The notes under the pieces were generated by a model. That model was not told the DNA's origin and searched no databases. It saw only the letters and a list, made by a program, of their open reading frames with translations. This document shows, piece after piece, positions 17,572 to 20,758 of a stretch of DNA of 20,758 nt. The stretch covers positions 1 through 20,758 of the forward strand of contig JBHLSH010000071.1 in NCBI GenBank assembly GCA_048881705.1, in the 5' to 3' direction. The stretch is from Candidatus Heimdallarchaeota archaeon. GTDB taxonomy: Archaea > Asgardarchaeota > Heimdallarchaeia > Hodarchaeales > Hodarchaeaceae. The translations under genes and the position numbers were made by a program. The stretch's first letter is position 1; each line of letters starts with the position of its first letter.

Positions 17572-18074
17572 TCCTGGCTCGCTATATTCACCATGATGTT
17601 ATCCTTTAGGATCGGATATACAGTATAGATTTTTTCCCATTCGGATAGTATGTATTCCTCGTAAATGGTCGAGAGTCCCTTTTGAGCGTAAATGTTTTCG
17701 TTTGTAAAACAAACTGCGTCGATTTGAGCTTTAGGAAAGAGTAGAGCGAATTGCTTTGTATATAGATCCGCCTGTTCTTCTACTTTTCTCCGTTTTTTTG
17801 TACGACTAGTCCGTGATGTTTTCCCTGATTTCATTTGAAGGTACTTCACTTCGACGATCAAAAAACGGGGGATATTATCCTGTGGATCGACTAGTATTAG
17901 GTCAATTTTTCCCACATTTGTCATTTCAGGGTGGAGAGGGAATTCATAGGCGAATATAAATGGGAATTTGTCTAATGGGTCAATTTGTTTTTGGTAGGTC
18001 AGCAGGAATTTCGTAAGGAGAAATTCATTTATATTATCCACAATAGGGAGTTTGAAAATAACTTCCCGCCACAC
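17568..18074 (-). CDS. Small PD-(D/E)XK superfamily nuclease-like protein
   Basis: YE..., GKIDLIL (motif II), IVEVK (motif III) and QADLY (RecB-type QxxxY); GTG start; 4-nt convergent overlap with the V4R gene. Confidence 0.7.
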   Translation of the reverse strand: MWREVIFKLPIVDNINEFLLTKFLLTYQKQIDPLDKFPFIFAYEFPLHPEMTNVGKIDLILVDPQDNIPRFLIVEVKYLQMKSGKTSRTSRTKKRRKVEEQADLYTKQFALLFPKAQIDAVCFTNENIYAQKGLSTIYEEYILSEWEKIYTVYPILKDNIMVNIASQD

Positions 18075-18482
18075 ATTATCTAATCTAAGATATTCTTTTT
18101 TGTTCAGACTGCATTTCCTCCGCTTAAGTGGTGTTTTAAAAGGGCAATAGCCGTGAAAGCGAGTCGCATATTTTTAATTTCGCGTCTTGCGGAATTGAAT
18201 TTCCTCACATGGAGGTCCTGCGTAAATCCCCGTTAAAACAAAATTCTATCAAAATTAAATTTAGGTTTTTTAAAGGTCATTGTTCCGCGTTATTGGATGC
18301 TAGGATCGTGTTACCGAGTACTCTCTCAATAGTTTCTTTTCAGGGAGTTTCATAGTACGAGATTGGCTCCCTTCAGTCATCAAATATCTTCCCTTGTTTA
18401 AAACATTGTCACCGTTTTCGGTTGCCTCGAAACTAACTTTTTTATTAGTAAACAAAGGGGGAAAGCCTAAAGTTATTCGGAA

Positions 18483-20758
18483 ATGCATCACGTGGATCTG
18501 AAAACTCGTAAAAATCACTTATGGATAGCAGTGATTATTCCTCTTCTATTTCTTGGTATTCTTCTTCTAAACCTGAGTTCTATACCAATTACAAGGGGAA
18601 ATACAAGCAGTGGAGAACTCAAGAATCCCAATAAATTCATATGGGAAACAGTCTTGATACCAAAAGTAATAGAAACCCTTGATCCAGGAATTGATTATGA
18701 AAGTGCTGGGAGTACGGTCATTGAGATCATTTACGAGACACTAGTAGGCTACAAAGGAAATTCAACGCAAGACCTCGAGGGTGTCCTAGCGACAAGTTGG
18801 AAAATCTCACCAGATGGATTGAAGTATACATTTACTTTACGAAAGAACGTAACATTTCACGATGGTGTTATATTTAACGCTTATATTATGAAATACTCAC
18901 TCGATAGAGCCATTCTAATGGCAGATCCATGGGGGCCCTCTTGGATGATAGCACAGGTTATAAGGGGTGCTTCAACTTATGTTAAGTATCATAATCCCAA
19001 TGTTACCGAGGCAGAGGCGTATTTGGATGAAAATGGCATAGTTGTGGTTGATGACTATACGTTGGAAATCAACCTAGAATCACCATATTCTCCGTTTATC
19101 CATACACTTGCCTTCACTGTCGGAAGTGCAGTCTCCCCAAAGGCAATTATTGACAATGAACCATCTTTCTATTTGCGAGATGTGACTAACAACGAATTTG
19201 GGATGATCCCGCTAAGCAAATGGTTTCCCGATTTGAATGACTATACTAAGTTGGGATTGCCGGAAAATCACAATCCGCTGGACTCGGGTGTTATCCCCGG
19301 ATCCCATAGAATGAGTCCCAGCTATCATACTTGGCTCAAGGATCACGCCGTCGGAACAGGACCCTACTTCCTTGGCTCCTTTGAAGATGACGTTATTCAG
19401 TTAGAAAAGAATTCAAATTGGTGGGGTTCATTTGCTTTCTATGCTGTAGATGAGATCGTTATTAAATCCGTACCAGATGATGAAACTCGAATCCAAGATC
19501 TCCGGAATGGGGATGCAGACATGATTTATCTTGAAAAACCAGACATTTCTGACGTACTTCATCCATCCGGAGATCCCCGATTTGAGGGGATTAAAGCGTA
19601 TACGACGCTAATGCCAATTACCTATCATCTTGGAATGAATATGAAAAACTCCATTCCGGGGGAATATATAGCTGAATCGGCAAATTCAACCTATAATGCC
19701 AGCAATCTTTCACGATATTCCACTGGGAATGAAACGGCCAGTCCTGGAAATCCATTCACATCTTTACTCTTTAGAAAGGCCTTCTCTATGACATTTGACA
19801 CTTCTTCCTATATTAGCAATGCCTTAAGGGGATTTGGGAAACAAATGGAGGGGATTATTCCCGAAAACATCTTGGGTCACCATGATAGCCTCTCTAAAGA
19901 GGGTTATATGGCGAGCTACAACCTGAATGCCGCCAAAGAGCTTTTTGAACAGGTGGGTTGGAAAGGATCAATTAAACTGGTGTTCACTGCAGGTAACGAG
20001 ATCCAAAGCCAACTGTACCTGATGTTAGCAAATTCAATTGCCCAGCTTGATGTTGGAATAGAGATTTTGCTGCATCCCATGTTGCGGGACAGTTATTACC
20101 AGTCGTTTTGGGATCAACATTATCCTATATACGTCGCAGGGTGGGTTGCAGACTATGCAGATCCCGACAACTTCATCGCACCATATTTGCACGGAGATTA
20201 CGGATTATACGCAGTTTTACTCTCATATGACAACCAGAAGTTAAATCAGTATATAGCCAGCGCTGCAATTGAACAAAATATCGATAAAAGGAGTGGCATG
20301 TATAGAGCGATCGAGGAAATTGCAGCCAATGATAGTCTTTACATATATCTTAATCAGGACGAAGGAATATACATTGTTCGAGACTGGATTCTTAATTTTG
20401 TGGAAAGCAATTCATTAAATCCGATGAGCGGAGCTCCAAACCTTCAACATATCGATAAAATGTTCTCATCAAACGATTTGGATAAAGATGGCATGCCTGA
20501 CCTTTGGGAGTTTCAAGTAGGCCTGAACGTAACATATGCTGGCGACGCACTAGAGGATCTTGATGGCGATTGGATTTCGAATCTGGATGAATACAAGGCA
20601 GGTACCAGTCCAAACAATATTTGGAGCTTTCCAATTATCAGCCCAAGTATTTTTCATTTTATCTCGGGCATTCTAATTGGTGTTTTTCTCTTAATAATCA
20701 GTGCAATTTCCTTTCAGAAAAAACGGAGAAAATCAGACTTTATATTACGATTAAAGGC
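18483..20758 (+). CDS. ABC solute-binding protein family 5 (DppA/OppA-like) with C-terminal DxDxDG (TSP3-like) repeats and TM anchor; 3'-partial, not in the ORF track
   Basis: Manual translation from the ATG at 18483 is open to the window end (758 codons). It has a hydrophobic N-terminus (WIAVIIPLLFLGILLL), TLDPG..YE, IYETLV, LATSWKISPDGLKYTFTLRKNVTFHDG, GTGPY, RKAF, GWVADYADPDNF, then DLDKDGMPDLWE...DLDGDWISNLDEYKAGTSP and a TM helix. Confidence 0.92.
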   Translation, partial: MHHVDLKTRKNHLWIAVIIPLLFLGILLLNLSSIPITRGNTSSGELKNPNKFIWETVLIPKVIETLDPGIDYESAGSTVIEIIYETLVGYKGNSTQDLEGVLATSWKISPDGLKYTFTLRKNVTFHDGVIFNAYIMKYSLDRAILMADPWGPSWMIAQVIRGASTYVKYHNPNVTEAEAYLDENGIVVVDDYTLEINLESPYSPFIHTLAFTVGSAVSPKAIIDNEPSFYLRDVTNNEFGMIPLSKWFPDLNDYTKLGLPENHNPLDSGVIPGSHRMSPSYHTWLKDHAVGTGPYFLGSFEDDVIQLEKNSNWWGSFAFYAVDEIVIKSVPDDETRIQDLRNGDADMIYLEKPDISDVLHPSGDPRFEGIKAYTTLMPITYHLGMNMKNSIPGEYIAESANSTYNASNLSRYSTGNETASPGNPFTSLLFRKAFSMTFDTSSYISNALRGFGKQMEGIIPENILGHHDSLSKEGYMASYNLNAAKELFEQVGWKGSIKLVFTAGNEIQSQLYLMLANSIAQLDVGIEILLHPMLRDSYYQSFWDQHYPIYVAGWVADYADPDNFIAPYLHGDYGLYAVLLSYDNQKLNQYIASAAIEQNIDKRSGMYRAIEEIAANDSLYIYLNQDEGIYIVRDWILNFVESNSLNPMSGAPNLQHIDKMFSSNDLDKDGMPDLWEFQVGLNVTYAGDALEDLDGDWISNLDEYKAGTSPNNIWSFPIISPSIFHFISGILIGVFLLIISAISFQKKRRKSDFILRLK
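20475..20612 (+). repeat. Two DxDxDG-type Ca-binding (bacterial thrombospondin type 3-like) repeats within the SBP
   Basis: Translation DLDKDGMPDLWEFQVGLN...DALEDLDGDWISNLDEYKAGTSP. Confidence 0.75.

Noticed and set aside
17778-17800. KKRRKV as an SV40-like nuclear localisation signal
   Set aside because: The host is a prokaryote; a basic DNA-contacting segment in a nuclease is the simpler explanation.
18141-18170. c-di-GMP-I riboswitch or group II intron domain V resemblance (GGGCAATAGCCGTGAAAGCGAGTCGCATA)
   Set aside because: Only fragmentary similarity: the stem pairs poorly, the GACGCAAA and P2 elements are absent, and no intron or RT context is present.
18300-18518. 72-aa minus-strand ORF
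   Set aside because: It overlaps the start of the SBP gene on the opposite strand and has no family features; probably spurious.
458-20634. Short shadow ORFs from the track (458-670, 1734-2093, 3222-3431, 4181-4471, 4593-4808, 5619-5828, 6616-6897, 6973-7179, 7303-7560, 9933-10205, 10798-11043, 10948-11211, 11119-11376, 11521-11742, 12589-12945, 12779-13015, 13289-13537, 16150-16380, 20392-20634)
   Set aside because: They lie antisense or out of frame within well-supported genes (or the PhoU relic) and have no motifs.
18483-20758. Family-5 SBP as the missing binding protein of the 10712-14699 ABC system
   Set aside because: Family-5 SBPs pair with Opp/Dpp-type permeases rather than CysT/ModB-type, and the gene is separated by pyk and two other genes.

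Overview
Archaeal genomic window, most consistent with an Asgard archaeon (Heimdallarchaeia/Hodarchaeales-like). This is inferred from an Asgard-type longin protein, a V4R-fold protein, an NPRL2-like ORF and the crenarchaeal-type SSB. Housekeeping and metabolic genes: single-OB SSB with an RGG/RD tail, exonuclease III, GTP cyclohydrolase II, alpha/beta hydrolase, HemL-like class III aminotransferase, DUF1624-like membrane protein, CNDP2/Dug1-like M20 dipeptidase and pyruvate kinase. The centre holds an unusual transport locus. A heavily eroded AbrB-PhoU pseudogene (9638-10642, visible only across several frames) precedes an operon with a fused CysT/CysW-like permease, two different ABC ATPases and a DUF47 (PhoU-like) regulator, with no binding protein. 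This may be a non-Pst phosphate/oxyanion uptake system. The right end carries a V4R-like protein, an orphan PD-(D/E)XK nuclease and a 3'-truncated family-5 solute-binding protein (absent from the ORF track) fused to DxDxDG Ca-binding repeats and a C-terminal membrane anchor. No rRNA, tRNA, CRISPR array or intact mobile element was seen. All family assignments come from motif recognition by eye; no searches were run.
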